NCBI GenBank assembly: GCA_963514005.1 | Contig: OY740804.1 | Location: 5,270,001 to 5,334,000, forward strand | Direction: 5' to 3' | DNA from: Raja brachyura | Lineage: Eukaryota | Length of the DNA stretch: 64,000 nt | The notes under the pieces: generated by a model | Seen by the model: the letters and a program-made list of their open reading frames with translations, nothing else | What the model was told of the DNA's origin: nothing | The model's database searches: none | Shown: positions 23,786 through 37,000 of the stretch, piece after piece | How positions within the stretch are numbered: position 1 is the first letter of the stretch | How the letters are laid out: every line of letters begins with the position of its first letter | Translations under genes and position numbers: made by a program

Positions 23786-25229
23786 AGAAACATCGAAACA
23801 TAGACAATAGGTGCAGGAGTAGGCCATTCGGCCCTTTGAGCCAGCACCACCATTCAATATGATCAAGGCTGATCATCCAAAATCAAGTTCAAGTTCACAT
23901 TTACTATCACATGCACCAATTAAGTTCAGTGACATCAGTGCCCGTTCCAGCTTTTACCCCATATCGCCTGATTCCCTTAACCTTAAGACCTAAATCCACC
24001 TCTCTTGAATACATCCAGTGAATTGGCCTCCACTGTCTTCAATAGCGGAGAATTCCACAGATTCACATCTCAGTCCTAAATGGCCTACCCCTTATTTTTA
24101 AACTATGACCCCTGGTTCTGGACTCCCCCAACATTGAGAAATGTTTTCCTGCATCTAACCTGTCCAATCCTCTAAGAATTTTATATGTTTCGATAAGATC
24201 CCCTCTCATCCTTCTAACTTCCAGCCAATTCAAGCCCAATCAAACCATTCTTTCATCATATGTCCGTCCCGTCATCCTGAGAATTAACCTGGTGAACATA
24301 CACTGCACTCACTCAATAGCAGTAATGTCCTTCCTCAAATTAGGAGACCAAAACTGCGCACAATACTCCAGGAGTGGTCTCACCAGGGCCCTGTACAACT
24401 GCAGTAGGACTTCCTTGCTCCAAAACTCAAATCCTCTCACAACGATGGCCAACATGCCATTGACTTTCTTCACTGCCTGCTGTACCTGCATGCTTACTTT
24501 CAGTGACTGATGGACAAGCACACCCAGGTCTCGTTGCACCTTCCCTTCTCCTAATCTGACACTATTCAGATAATAATCTGCCTTACTGTTCTTGCCACCA
24601 AAGTGGATAACTTCATAATTATCCGCATTATACTACATCTGCATTGCTTCTGCCCTCTTACTCAACCGATCCAAGTCACCCTATAGCCTCATAGCATCCT
24701 CCTCGCAGCTCACACTGCCACCCAGCTATGTGTCATCCGCAAATTTGGTGATGTTACATTTAATTCCCTCGTCTAAATTGTTAATATATATTGTAAATAA
24801 CTGGGGTCCCAGCACCGAGCCTTGCAGCACCCCACTAGTCACTGCCTGCCAATCTGAAAAGGACCGGTTTATTCCTACCCTTTGCTTCCTGTCTGCCAAT
24901 CAGTTCTCTATCCATGTCAATGCCCTACCCCCAATACCATGTGCTCTAATTTTGCACACTAATCTCTTGTGTGGGACCTTGTCAAAGGCTTTTTGAAAGT
25001 CCAGATACACCACATCCATTGGCTCTCCCTTATCCATTCTACTTGTTACATCCTCAAAAAATTCCAAAAGATTAGTCAAGCATGATTTCCCCTTCGTAAA
25101 TCCATGCTGACTTTGACCGATCCTGTCACTGCGTTCCAAATGCGCTGCTATAACATCCTTAATAATCGATTCCAGCATCTTCCCCACTACCAACGTAAGA
25201 CTAACTGGTCTATAATTCCTCGTTTTCAC
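23786..25229 (-). mobile_element. CR1/HER1-type LINE fragment
   Basis: NYRPVSLTLVVGK, LDFQKAFDKVPH, LYRALVRPLLEYC on the minus strand. Confidence 0.88.
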
Positions 25230-25523
25230 ATGCTCGAGTGGTTCCCATAACCTTTGACTCTCTTACCCTGAGTCAATCATGCTTACAATTTCGCAATGTA
25301 AAGTTTTGCAATTGCAGCTCACGTTCCTGGTCACACTATGCGTGACACTTTCCCAGCACCGCTGACATGCAGTAAATGATTGCATTCATTGCACAACCAC
25401 CATTTTTACTCATACAAATAAAAAATTGCTCAAAACTGCAAACCAGAACTGTCCCATTGAAATTCAAGGCACAGTACTCTCCTTATTACTGAAAGGCCAC
25501 AGCTGACACTGGCATTTCTAAGT

Positions 25524-25746
25524 GTTAAAGAAGGAACTGCAGATGCTGGAGAATCGAGGGTTACACAAAAAGCTGGAGAAACTCAGCGGGTGCAGCAGCA
25601 TCTAAGGAGTGAAGGAGATAGGCGACGTTTCAAGTCGAGGGTCTGAAGAAGGGTCTCTTCTTCAGACCCTCGACCCGAAACGTCGCCTATCTCCTTCACT
25701 CCTTAGATGCTGCTGCACCCGCTGAGTTTCTCCAGCTTTTTGTGTA
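25524..25746. repeat. Penelope-derived near-perfect palindrome
   Basis: Arms of about 90 bp, reverse-complementary around 25655; 18-bp flanking repeat ACACTGGCATTTCTAAGT (25506-25523, 25747-25764). Confidence 0.85.
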
Positions 25747-27939
25747 ACACTGGCATTTCTAAGTTTGGTTTAGTTCAGAAGAACAGTGGCGGTGGTGGCC
25801 GGATCTGTGGATACTTTCAAGAGAGAGCGAGATAGGGCTCTTAACGATGGCGGAGTCAGGGGATATGGGGAGAAGGCAGGAATGGGGTACTGATTGGGGA
25901 TGATCAGCCATGATCACATTGAATGGCAGTGCTGGCTCGAAGGGCCGAATGGCCTACTCATGTACCTATTGTCTATTGTCTATTGAAACAAGCCCTTCGG
26001 CCCACCAAGTCTGTGGCCACCATCAATCCCTACAGACCAACACCATCCTACACATCAGGGACAATTTACAATTATACCAAGCCCATCAGTCTACAATCCT
26101 GCACGTCTTTGGTGTGTGGGAGGAAACTGGAGATCCCGAAGAAAACCCACGCAGGTTACGGGGAGGACGTACAAACTCCATACAGACAAGCACCCGTAGT
26201 TAGGATCGAACCCGGGTCTCTGGTGCTGTAAGGCAGCAACTCTACCGCTGCGCCCCAAGATATTACGATACCTTATGATATTCCAAGTCTGTCTAAATTG
26301 AGATACAAGAGGACCTTCATACCTGGTCTACTCCATCCATGGAGGTCAAGATCACATTGACTCCCAACTTCCTAGTTGTAGGATTTGACCATCGAGGCAG
26401 CATGTCTTCTCAGCATCAGAGAGGTTATCATGGTAATGAATTAGAATCATAGACTCATAGTTATATAGCACGGAAATAGACCCTTCACTCATCCATGCTG
26501 ACCTAAATGCCCCACCTGACTGGTCCCATTTGGCCGCATTTGATCCATATCCCTCTAAACCATTCCAATCCATATACCTGTCCAATTGCATTTTAAATGT
26601 TGTTATAGTAGGCGCCTTAGCTACCTCCTTTGACAGCTCGTTCCATACACCCACCACATTCTGAGTGAAATGCTTGCCCCTCAGGTTCCTATTAAATCCC
26701 TCCCCCCTCAATTTAAACTTGTCCTCTGGATTTTGATTCCCCTTTTACTCTGGGTAAAAGGCTCTGTGAACTCACCCTATCAATTCCTCCTCATGATTGT
26801 ATACACCTCTATAAGATCACCCCTCAGCCTCCTGTGCTCCAAGGAATAAAGTCCTAGATTATCCAAATTTAGTTTAGTTTATCATTTAGTTTATCACATG
26901 GTCCAAGGCACAACGGAAAACCATTTTCTTGCATGCTATCCAGTCAGCAAAAGGACTATACGTGATTACAATCAAGCCATCCACAGTGTACAGAGACAGG
27001 ATAAAGGGAAATACTGTAGGTTCCGTGCAAGATAAAGTCCAGTAAAGTCCAATTAAAGATGGTGCAAGGGTCTCCAATGAGGTGGATGGTAGGTCAGGAT
27101 CAGTCTCTAGTTAGTAATAAGAAGGTTCCGTTTCATGATAACATGAAGGAAGGAAGAAACTCCGTGAATCTGCAGGTGTCGTTTCAAACTTCTGTACCTC
27201 TTGCCTGATGAGAGAGGGGAGAAGAGGGAGTGGCCAGGGCGAGACACATCCTCCTTGTAGCTCAGACCTTCGAGTCCTGGCAAAATCCTGATAAATCTTC
27301 TCCGCGCTCTTCCCAGCCATGAAGGAAGAATTTCAACTGTTTAGGAAGGAACTGCAGATGCCGGTTTAAACGGAAGGTAGACACAAAAAGCCGGAGTAAC
27401 TCAGCGGGTCAGACAGCATCTCTGGAGACAACCCCGTACGCTAGGACTATCCGACACACTGGGGACAATCTACAACTTAGCGAAGCCAGATAACCTTCAA
27501 ATCCACACGTCTTTGGATGGTGCGAGGAAACCGGAACACCCGGAGAAAATCACGCGGTCATGGGGAGAACGTACAAACCCCGTACAGACAGCACCCATAG
27601 TCACAATTGAACCCAGGTCTCTGGCGCTGTAAGTTCAGCAAGTTGTGAAACAGGATGTTTGTCAATGTTCCTTATTCTACATTGGATTACAAAGTATTAA
27701 TTTTAAAAAGTGCATCTCCCAACACTGATCTTTAAGGAGGTCAGGATTGGGATATGACCACATAAGTGTGGATACCCTCACTGGAAACCTGCTTCAGTTC
27801 AGCTTGTCTTCTCCTCAAACCTCTGCCAACCACAGTTAATCCCCCAAAGTGGAACCGTTGACAATGTGCACGCAACAGGTTGCAAAACAGGATATGGGAC
27901 AATGTTCCTTACTCTATGTCACATTGCAAAGCATTTGTT

Positions 27940-27980
27940 CATTCGTGAGGAAGTTTGCACACGGAACAAGTGGTTAAATC
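27940..27980 (+). promoter_or_regulatory. Putative gene 2 proximal promoter with an ETS/PU.1 core (GAGGAAGT 27947-27954) and a RUNX-like GTGGTT
   Basis: About 110 nt upstream of the ATG and retained in the duplicate (GAGGAAGTG 41783-41791); motif match only. Confidence 0.4.
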
Positions 27981-28060
27981 AAACAAGAGTAAGTCGTGAA
28001 CAGCGCGAATTGGAGACCGCTTCATCGGCAAACAAGGACCTCTCTCTCTCTGGAACCACG

Positions 28061-28097
28061 ATGTTTTACATTCTGCTGTTTCTCACTGTGACTTCAA
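28061..28097 (+). CDS. Gene 2 exon 1, leader (MFYILLFLTVTS)
   Basis: accacgATG start, hydrophobic peptide, phase-1 donor A/gtaagt. Confidence 0.85.
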
Positions 28098-31000
28098 GTA
28101 AGTTTTTCCACTGAAAGCTAAAATGGACAGATTCTTGATTAGTACGGGTGCCAGGAGTAATGGGGAGAAGGCAGGAGAATGGGGTTAGGAGGGTGAGATA
28201 GATCAGCCATGATTGAATGGCGGAGAAGACATGATAGGCCGAACAGCCTAATTCTGCCCCATTAACTTATGGTCATGGAACCATAGCGCAGTTATATGTT
28301 AACGCGAAGATTAGCTCTTGTTATTTAAATAAGTGATGATACATTGCTGTTCAGCCAAAGGACCAGGAGCCTAGAAAGGAACCAATTAACTTTACATTTC
28401 AGCAAGAGTTAAAATGAACTGTGACAAGAGCATGGGATTTAGCAGAGGATTTAAGAGACTTTCGGACTGGCACATGCATGTAAGAGAAAAAAGACACAAA
28501 GTGCTGGAGTAACTCAGCGGGTCAGGCAGCATCTCTAGAGAACATGGATAGGTGATATTTTGGGCCAGGACCCTTCTTCAGACTGACTGTGGTGGGGGGA
28601 GGGGGGTGGGGAGAATGCCCCACCACCTCAATTAGTTTTTAAGAGTCGTTGGCAGGGGCAGATGGAAATGCAGGGAATGGAAAGATATAGATGATGAACG
28701 AGCAGATAGGGGTTGGTCGTAGCATCATGTTCAGCATGGCGATTATGGGCCAAATGGCCTGTTCCTGTGCTGTACTGTTCTATGCATTTAGTGAAGATGC
28801 AGCACAGAAGATTTTTACGGTAATCTTTCCTCGGATGCTGTCTTTGTGGAGTTTCTCCCCGTCACCGTATGGGTTTCTTCCAGATGCTCGAGTTTTCTCC
28901 CACCTCCCATTTCAAGACGAGGGGGACATTGAATGGGAATAATTTGATGTGATTCTGTAAAATTTCCAGCATTATATTTCACCCAACAGGTTCCTTAGCA
29001 AAGCTTCACTTGATGGTGATAAGAGCTGGTGAGGGAGAAACAGTGACTATAGAATGTCCAAACGCTCAGAAAACAGGACATGTCAGCTGGTGCAAAGCCT
29101 ATTCTCGAGTGGGGTGTCAAGTAATAGTCAACACTGAGAAAGACAAGAACCGTAGTGGAAGGATATCAATGAGAAGACTCAATGGGTCTGTTTTTGTATC
29201 AAGTCAACTTCAGAAGAATGATACAGGAACATACTGGTGTGGAAAAAGTCAGGCAAAGAAAATCGATGTTTCAGATATTGTCATGTTGGATGTTTTCACA
29301 GGTAAGAGATTTTCTGAAGATTTTAAGACCGATAATATGCTTCACTGATAATATACACTTGGACTGCTGTGCCATAATGAGCATACTGATTGTTATGGAG
29401 AGGTGCTGCCCGTCCTGCTGAGTTACTCCAGCACTTTCTACGCAAGATTCCGGTATCTGCAGTTCCTTGTGTCTACCGATTGTTAAGCGAGTTTAACTTA
29501 CAAAGGTGTGCAGGAAGGATGCTGGTTTACACCAAAGATAGACACAAAATGCTGGAGAGGCGGGACAGGCAGCTTCCCGGGAGAAATGGAATACGAGACA
29601 TTTTGGGTCAATAGACAATAGACAATAGGTGCAGGGGTAGGCCATTCGGCCCTTCGAGCCAGCACCGCCATTCAATGTGATCATGACCGATGATCCCCAA
29701 TCAGTACCCCGCTCCAGCCTTCTCCCCCATATCCCCTGATTCCGCTTCCTTCAAGAGCCCTATCTAGCTCTCGCTTGAAAGTATCCAGAGAACCGGCCTC
29801 CTCCACCATCTGAGGCAGAGAATTCCACAGACTCACAACTCTCTGTGTGAAAAAGTGTTTCCTCATCTCCGTTCTAAATGGCTTACCCCATATTCTTAAA
29901 CTGTGGCCCCTGGTTCTGGACTCCCCCAACATTGGAAACATGCTTCCTGCCTCTAGCGTGTCCAAACCCTTAATAAACCTATATGTTTCAATAAGATAGC
30001 CTCTCATCCTTCTAAATTCCAGAGTATACAAGCCCAGTCACTCCGGGTCAGGGCAATTCCTCAGACTGAAAGTAGGGAGATGGGGAAGAGCTGGTGGAAC
30101 TAGGTTGGAAGGGGGCAAGGGGGGAGGGGAGTGGAGTGTTAGGAGAAGTTACTTAAAATGAGAGAATTCAACATTCATACCGCTGGGTTGTAAGCGAACC
30201 AAGCAAAATATGAAGTGCTGTTCCTCCAATTTGCCCAGGGCCTTTCTCTGATAATGAAGGAGGCCCAGGACAGAAAGATCAATGTGGGAATGGGAAGGGG
30301 ATTTGAAATGGTTGACAAGTGGGAGATCCTGTAGGCCTTGGCGGACCGAGCGCAAGTGTTCGGCAAAACGGTCGATGAGTCTACGTTTGGTCTCGCCTCG
30401 TTATCTCTCCATCTTCAGCATCCCATTAATGAGGGTGCCACCCCGTGGCACAGCGGAAGAGTTGCCGCCTTACAGCCCCAGAGACCCGGGTTCGATCCTG
30501 ACCACGGGTGCTGTCTGTACGGAGTTTGTACGTTCTCGCCGTGACCTTCGTGGGTTTTCCCCGGGTGCTCCGGTTTCCTCCCACACTCCAAGGTTTGTAG
30601 GTTAATTGGCTTCAGTAAAATTATAACTCATCCCTAGTGTGTGTAGGAAAGTGTTAATGTGCGGGGATCGCTGGTCGGTGCAGACTCGGTGGGCTGTATC
30701 TCTAAACTAAGGTTTGTGCATCCTTGGCTCTTCCCCACTAAAGTCAACAGTCAGCATCTCTGATCTCTCATACCCTAATTTTGTTTCCATTACAGCAGAT
30801 TCACGGATACTAAACCGTACCACAGTCAAGGGCATAATGGGCAATGCCACCACTATACATTGCCGGTACAAGGAGCAATTTGAAGCATTTGTGAAATTCT
30901 TGTGTAAAGTCGTCTCTGTGAATAGTTGCAGCATCATAGCGATGCCTCAACACTACAACAGCAGCAAATTATCAATCAGTGGAAACAAATTCAACAACTT

Positions 31001-34000
31001 TGCTGTCACGATCAGGCACACTGATGAAGGAGATGTGGGTGAATATTGGTGTGGGGCCAGGACACCGGTCGACTTTGAGATCTCACAGGTTAAAACCGTG
31101 ATGTTTAAAGGTATAAATCAACATAAAATTTTTGTGACTCAACATTTATGCATAAATTCAGCATGCAAACTGTCTTTACTGATATTATATTCCATGTATC
31201 TCTCTCCATTCTCGTAAGTTATTGGAGTAGAATTAGGCCATTCGGCCCATCAAGTCTACTCCGCCATTCAATCATGGCCGATCTATCTTTCCCTCTCAAC
31301 CCCATTCTCCTGCCTTCTCCCCATAACCCCTTACACACGTACTAATGAAGAATCTATCAATCTCTGCCTTAAACATATCCATTGACTTGGCCTCCACAGC
31401 CTTCTAATTCTTCTCATCTCCCCCAGCCTCGTATCTTCAAAGCTTTCCCTAAACCGTGTCCTGATATTCACCTGAGTTTTACCTTCTTAGTAATCTCTGA
31501 TTGTGGAATTTATTACTAAATACTTCACTTATGTTTATTACTCTTAGACGGACATTCTGAACCTCTTGTTAATATACATATTAATTGAATTGAAAGATGC
31601 AACATGGAAACAGGCTCTTCGGCCCATCTAGTCCATGCCAACCATCCATCATCCATTCACACTAGATTTATGTTATCCCATTTTTGCATCTACTCCTTAC
31701 AGACTAAGGGGCAATTTGCAGCATCTGCAGTTCCTTGAGTTTAAGTTATGTTATGTTGTTATTGATATGAATTGGTATAATATGTTTATTTTAACAACCC
31801 ACCTCAGGAACGCTAACAAAACCAGAGGTACCAAGCAACAAAGCAAGGTAAGATTTCTGCAGTCATCCTCAATCTAATAATTATTTACGGATTGTTATTG
31901 ATATTGGTTCAATACGTCATGTTTAGTTTAGTTTAGTTTAGAGATAGAGCACAGAAACAGGCCCTTCGGCCACCGAGTCCACACTGACCACCGATCCCCA
32001 CACACTTATAGTATCCTACACCTACCAGGGACAATTTACATTTATACCAAGCCAAGACATTTATGCACGTCTTTGGAGTGTGGGAGGAAACCGAAGATCT
32101 CGGAGAACACCCACCGGGTCACGGGGAGAACGTACAAACTCCGTACAGACAGCACCCGAGGTCAGGATCGAACCCGGGTCTCTGGCGCTGCTCCATTGTG
32201 CCACACCGTCTCTTAATCTGAACCAGCATCTGCAGTTCCTCGCATCTTGCTTCCAGTTTCATCCACATTCTAGTTTGTCAACACAAAGAACTGCAGAGGT
32301 TGGTTGATACAGAAAGGGATACAAAGTGCTGGAGTAACTCAACGGGTCAGGCAACATCGCTGGAGAACATGGATAGGTGGCGTTCCAGGTCAAAACACTT
32401 CTTCAGATTCACGTTTCCGGTTGACACCCTTCTTTGATCCGAAGAAAGGTCTCGATCCGAAACATCACCTGTCCCCGTTCTCCAGGGATGCTGCCCTGAC
32501 CTGCTGAGCTACTCCAGCACTTTGTGTCCTTCCTCATTCTAGTTCAATTTAGTGTTAGAGATATTGTTCCTTGTCTCATTGAATGTTTCTCCATCATGTT
32601 TTAAAAGCGGCACCCCACAGATATGGCACATTATACTTCCACTCGTGTTGGGACTATTGATTGTAATACTGATAGTTCTACTTGTAAAGAAGAGGAAACA
32701 GTCAGAAACTATCCCTCAAAAATGTAAGTAGCCAACAAAATATTTCTTCTGCAGTTAAAATAATAATAGAACAGTAACTGTGTATGGATTTATTATTGTC
32801 GTACAGTGAAAACACGTTGTTTTGCATGCCACCCAGTCAAATCACACTGGGCACGAGTATGTGTAGGAAGGAACTGCAGATGCTGGTTTAAATCGAAGAT
32901 AGACTCAAAAAGCTGGAGTAACTCAACGGGACAGTCAGCATCTCTGGAGAGAAGGATGGCTGTTGTTTCAACCCATCTGAAAAGGTCTCGATCCAAAACA
33001 TCATCCATTCCTTCTCTCCAGAGATGCTGCTTGTCCCACTGAGTTACTCCAGCTGTTTGTGTCTATTTTCTGTACACGAGTACATCAGGTTGTGCATGAA
33101 AGAATATGGTGTTACAGCGTCAGGGAAAATGCCAATAAAAATGTTGAGGGACTGCAAAGAGGCATAAATTGCAATAAATGTCCGTAAATTATCCCCATTG
33201 TGAGGTTTAGTTTAGATTATGGATACTGCGTGGAAACAGGGGCTTCGGCCCACTGGGTCTGCACCAACAATTGGTCCACTTACACTGGCACTACCGTACA
33301 CACAATAGACAATAGACTATAGGTGCAGGAGTAGGCCATTTGGCCCTTCGAGCCAGCACCGCCATTCAATGTGATCATGGCTGCTCATCCCCAATCAGTA
33401 CCCCGTTCCTGCCTTCTCCCCATATCCCCTGACTGCTATTTTTAGGAGTCCTATCTAGCTCTCTCTTGAAAGCATCCAGAGAACCTGCCTCCACCGCCCT
33501 CGGAGGCAGAGAATTTCACAGACTCACCACTCTCTGTGATAAAAAGTGTTTCCTCGCCTTCGTTCTAAATGGCTTACTCATTCTTAAACTGTGGCCCCTG
33601 GTTCTGGACTCCTCCAACATCGGGAACATGTTTCCTGCCTCTAGCGTGTCCAAGCCCTTAACAATCTTATATGTTTCAATGAGATATCCTCTCATCATTT
33701 CTAAACTCCAGAGTGTACAAGCCCAGCTGTTCCATTCTCTCAGCATATGACAGTCGCGCCATCCCGGGAATTAACCTTGTAAACCTGCGCTGCACTCCCT
33801 CAATAGCAAGAATGTCCTTCCTCAAATTTGGGGACCAAAACTGCACACAATACTCCAAGTGTGGTCTCACTAGGGCTCTGTACAATTGCTGAAGGACCTC
33901 TTTTGCTCCTATATTCGATTCATCATGTTATAAAGGCCAACATGCCATGCGCTTTCTTCACTGCTGCTGTACCTGCATGGTTACTTTCATAGACTGATGT

Positions 34001-37000
34001 GCAAGGACCCCCTGATCCCATTGTACTTCTCCTTTTCCCAACTTGATGCAATTTAGATAGTAATCTGCCTTCCCGTTTTTGCTACCAAAGTGGATAACCT
34101 CACATTTATCAGCATTAAACTTAATCTGCCATGCATCTTCCCAATCCCCCAACCTGTCCAAGTCACCCTGCATTCTCATAGCATCCTCCTCACAGTTCAC
34201 ACTGCCACCCAGCTTTGTGTCATCTGCAAATTTGTTAATGTTACTTTGAATACTTCATCCAAATCATTGATGTATATTGTAAATAGCTGCGGTCCCAGCA
34301 CCGAGCCTTATGGTACCCCACTAGTCAAAGGGACCTGTTAATCCCTACTCTTTGTTTCCTGTCTACCAACCACTTCTCTATCCATGTCAGCACTCTACCT
34401 CCATATACCATGTGCCCTAATTTTGCCCACTAATCTCCTATGTGGGACCTTATCAAATGCTTTCTGAAAGTCCAGGTACACTACATCCATTGGCTCTCCC
34501 TTGTCTATTTTCCGAGTTACATCTTCAAAAAATTCCAGAAGATTAGTCAAGCATTTCTCCCCGTATTGTCTTTTTGGTTATCTTCTGTTGTTCTTTAAAC
34601 ATTACTCAATCCTCTTGCTTTCCGCTCATCTTTGCTACGTTGTACTTCTTCGCTTTAATTTTTATACTGTCCCTGACGTCCCTTGTCAGCCATGGTCGTC
34701 CCTTTCTCCCCTTGGAATCTTTCTTCCTCCTTGGAATGAACTGATCCTGCACCTTCTGTATTATTATTCCTAGAAACACCTGCCATTTTTGTTCCACTGT
34801 CATCCCTGCTAGTGTATCTTTCCAGTCAACTTTGGCCAGCTCCTCCCTCATGGCCCCATGATCCCCTTTATTCAACTGCAGCACTGACACCTCCGATCTA
34901 CTCTTCTCCTTCTCCAAGTCCACACACTAGGGACAATTTGCTATTTTACCAAGCCTATTAACCTACACACCTGAAGGTGTTTGGAGTGTGGGAGGAAACC
35001 GGAGTTCCCAGCGGAAACCCACACAGGCCAAGGGGAGAATGTATAAACTCCGTACAGACAGCACCCATAGTCAGGATTGCGCCACCATCCAGGACAAGTG
35101 TACGGGTGATCGAGGGCCGAAGGGCTTGTTTCTGCTCTGTATCGCCAAACTAAACATGTCCCGTGCCAGTGATGGAAGGCCGGGACACCAGAGGTCACCG
35201 ACACTTATTCCAACTAGTGTCACTGGATGTTGTACGCCCATCTGCAAGATATCGGCGAGACCAAGCACAGACTGGGAGATCGTTCCGCTGAACACCTTCG
35301 CTCAGTCTGCCTTGACCTATGCAATCTTCCAGTGCCATTAGTTAACTCCCCTTACCATTCCCAAACTGACCTTTCTGTCCCGGGCCTCCTCCACTGTCAG
35401 TGTGAGGCCAAATGCAAATTGGAGGAACAGCACCTCATATTTCGCTTGGGCAGCTTACAACCCAGCGGTATGCATATTGATTTCTCTAACTTCAAGTAAC
35501 TTTTGTATTCCTTCTCTCTCCGTCTCTCTCCCAATCTGGTCGTCGCACTAGTTTCACTGTTGTCCTGCTGAGTTTCAGTGTTTGTATCAATAGACAATAG
35601 ACAATAGGTGCAGGAGTAGGCCATTCGGCCCTTCGAGCCAGCACCGCCATTTAATGTGATCATGGCCAATCATCCGGCCCTTGGTTCTGGACTCCCCAAA
35701 CATCGGGAACATGTTTCCTGCCCTTGCGTGTCTAAACCCTTAATAATCTTATATGTTTCAATAAGATCCCCTCTCATTATCACTTTCCCCACAGCCAACA
35801 ATGGACCATTGTGGGCTCCACATTTCCTTGATCATCGGTGCTGGCTTTGATCCTTCTATTTACTTGGCTTTCTATCATTTATTCTATGTACCTTTTCATA
35901 TCTCTCGTTTCCATCTCCCCTGACTCTCAGTCTGAAGAGTCAGGTTTCAGTGGTGGGTCTTGAACCCACAACCACGAGCGTCTCCTCAGTGTTTGACAGT
36001 GAAAAGGAAGTGGTTCTCGGTTGCTAAGACCGGAAAGTAACATGTGGTTGCAGCTTCTGGTAAGGTTGTCGGTTGGTTAGTGGGAGGGGGGAGGGGGGAG
36101 GGGGGAGCATGAGTGCGGAAGAAAGTGGGGAACTGCGATGTGTGCTGCGGTTGACACCTCATCACAAGCGGAACAAACCTGCTTCCAACCACCTCCATCA
36201 AGACCTCTACCATCTCCTTGTTCCCCAGAGCTACAGTATTTATTTTTAAGAGAAACAGTGTGCAAACAGGGCCCTTGGCCCACCGAGTCCACACCGACCA
36301 ACACTCACCCATACACTAGTTCTATCCTACACATTAGGGACAATTTACAGAAGGCAATTCACCGACAAACCTGCACGACTTTGTAACGTGGGAGGAATAG
36401 ATACAGCATGGAAACAGGCCCTTGGGCCCATTGAATCCGCGCCAACCGGCGATCACCCCGGTACACGAGCACCTCTTAAATCCATCCAGTGATTTGGCCT
36501 CCACTGCCCTCTGTGGCAGGGAATTCCATAAATTCACAACTCTGAGGTGAGAAAAAACTTTTTTACCCAAAGTCTTAAATGACCTCCCCTTTATTCTAAG
36601 GCTGTGGCCCCAGGTTCTGGACTCACCCAACATTGGGAACATTTTTCCTGCATCTAGCTTGTCCAGTCCTTTTATAATTTTATATGTTTCTATAAGATCC
36701 AGGAGGCAGATACGATAGCGGCATTTACGAGGCTTTTAGATAGGCACATGGATATGCATGGAATGAAGGGATGTGGATCACTTGAAGGCAGAGGGGATTA
36801 GTTTAACCTGGCACCATGTCGGGTATAGACAATGTGGGCCGAAGGGCCCGTTTCCTGTACTGTACTGTTCAATGTTTTCTGCTGCTCGGGGAAATATGAG
36901 AACTATTGTTATTCTAAATTACATGCTGTTACCTGTTTTTGCAGATTATTCCAAAAACTCAGAAACTCCCACCACAGCCAAGGTAAGAATGTAAACTGTA

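Noticed and set aside
27866-28060. Upstream in-frame extension (ATG ~27902) of the gene 2 leader, also open in the duplicate
   Set aside because: It runs through promoter-like motifs and would bury the signal peptide; openness in both copies is explained by recent duplication. Not excluded without TSS data.
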